Of a stretch of 64,000 nucleotides of DNA, positions 63,273 to 64,000 are shown one piece after another. This DNA comes from Methanobacteriota archaeon. Lineage in GTDB: Archaea; Thermoplasmatota; Poseidoniia; Poseidoniales; Poseidoniaceae. The stretch spans positions 33,074 through 97,073 of the forward strand of contig JABGTJ010000039.1 in the NCBI GenBank assembly GCA_018691345.1, read 5' to 3'. The position numbers were made by a program, and so were the translations under genes. How positions within the stretch are numbered: position 1 is the first letter of the stretch; every line of letters begins with the position of its first letter. The notes under the pieces were generated by a model that saw only the letters and a program-made list of their open reading frames with translations, had not been told where the DNA came from and searched no databases.

Positions 63273-63356
63273 GACGGTTCCTCACGCCCGACCTCTTTGG
63301 ATATGTCGCCCTGAATAGACTGGGAAAGAACCCGTAAAGTGGTCGTAAAAACGCCC

Positions 63357-64000
63357 TCAAGCGATACGTTCGACGGTCTCTGGAGTGATTCCTTCTTCTG
63401 GGGTTACTCGGAACACGAGAATTTTGAGATTCTCAGGAGCGTTTCGGAATTTAGATACAATCATCGAGGTTTCAAAGTCCGTACCAATTGTTCGAACTTG
63501 GAACGAGAGAACCATATCAGCAATCGATGCGAGTTCTTGTTTGACCGTAGGATCAAGACCGTTGGTTGACACGGAGACGAGAAGTAACCCTCGATTTAAT
63601 TGTACATGCGCTTGCAGCATACGGACCATAGCGATAACTCGCGCTGGGTCTTCACGTTGCAAGAAGAAATCAAGACTGTCAATAACTGCTCTAAAATAAG
63701 GGCCTAGAGCCATGACCTCGTTGGTGACTTCGGTAAGATAGTCTTGCGTGTTGTCATCAACGAAACGCGTTTGGGCAAGTCGGCGGATATCGTCAAGTCG
63801 GAAACCTTCCAATCGATATCTGCTTGCGAGAAGCTCTCTTTCAAGGACGGTTGAGTTGTATTCTTCTCCAATGGTACGGACGCTAATGTCCAGCGGCCAG
63901 TCGTACTTTTGGAAAATCCGAATAATTTCTTGTTGGCCCTCATTGGTCGAGATGTAGAGGGTGTTTTCTGCCTCTTCAGCGGGAGAAGTGAACTGTTTTG
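63357..64000 (-). CDS. KaiC/RadA-like RecA-superfamily ATPase domain protein (partial; N-terminus lies beyond the window end)
   Basis: Manual reverse translation extends the track ORF 63357..63812 upstream without a stop, to the window edge: KQFTSPAEEAENTLYISTNEGQQEIIRIFQKYDWPLDISVRTIGEEY... C-terminal KaiC-like segments are GLLLVSVSTNGLDPTVKQELASIADMVLSF and IVSKFRNAPENLKILVFRV. Confidence 0.55.
   Translation of the reverse strand, partial: KQFTSPAEEAENTLYISTNEGQQEIIRIFQKYDWPLDISVRTIGEEYNSTVLERELLASRYRLEGFRLDDIRRLAQTRFVDDNTQDYLTEVTNEVMALGPYFRAVIDSLDFFLQREDPARVIAMVRMLQAHVQLNRGLLLVSVSTNGLDPTVKQELASIADMVLSFQVRTIGTDFETSMIVSKFRNAPENLKILVFRVTPEEGITPETVERIA

Overview
This is an archaeal (euryarchaeal) chromosomal core region, densely packed with genes. 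About 52 protein-coding genes cover nearly the whole window. Supporting evidence: an A-type ATP synthase operon, DNA gyrase, SMC/ScpA/ScpB, Orc1/Cdc6, aIF2-gamma, S6e, Dph2 and a class II HMG-CoA reductase.

GC content is about 50%. GGAGG-type ribosome-binding sites are frequent. Many proteins carry acidic (D/E-rich) tails. I found no rRNA, tRNA, CRISPR array or mobile element.

Genes, in order along the window:
- a partial secreted protein at the left edge, then a SprT/YgjP-like Zn-peptidase, a hotdog thioesterase, an AstE/AspA-family hydrolase and an HMGL-like synthase
- gyrA and gyrB, followed by aroD
- a secreted-protease locus: a 1400-aa PKD-domain MA-clan metallopeptidase, a membrane-anchored partner, an M28 peptidase and a CarbopepD-like membrane protein
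- a Tmk-like kinase with a long C-terminal extension, DUF2085 and Smr membrane proteins, a Bat-type HTH regulator, a PIMT-like methyltransferase, a HEAT-repeat protein, an M61 peptidase with PDZ domain and a ParB-like nuclease-domain protein
- a class II CCA-adding enzyme, an EF-hand protein, an acyl-CoA dehydrogenase, GcvH and a phosphoribosyltransferase
- a conserved informational cluster: dph2, orc1, rps6e, aIF2-gamma and a PIN-domain gene
- DUF357, a repeat protein and an archaeal-type P-loop ATPase with a winged-helix (wHTH) C-terminus
- class II hmgA next to scpB, scpA and smc
- a Zn-ribbon membrane protein, nadB, panE and a large polytopic glycoprotein
- the A-ATPase operon in the order H-I-K-E-C-F-A-B-D, a UbiE/MenG-like methyltransferase and a partial KaiC-like ATPase at the right edge

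The most unusual signal is a recurrent canonical EF-hand Ca-binding motif in three unrelated proteins. Two EF-hands plus a His-rich patch are inserted in the A-ATPase stator subunit I. One EF-hand sits at the C-terminus of GyrA. A stand-alone protein carries an EF-hand pair.

Other notable points:
- a TTAAC-rich palindromic operator cluster upstream of the class II HMG-CoA reductase
- a Tmk homolog with a GKG P-loop and a 240-aa extension
- a bacterial-type (class II) CCA enzyme
- a 347-bp G-tract-repeat intergenic region between gyrB and aroD

The six-frame track omits ORFs that run off the window edges. I reconstructed these by hand: positions 1-1453 and 63357-64000, both on the minus strand.
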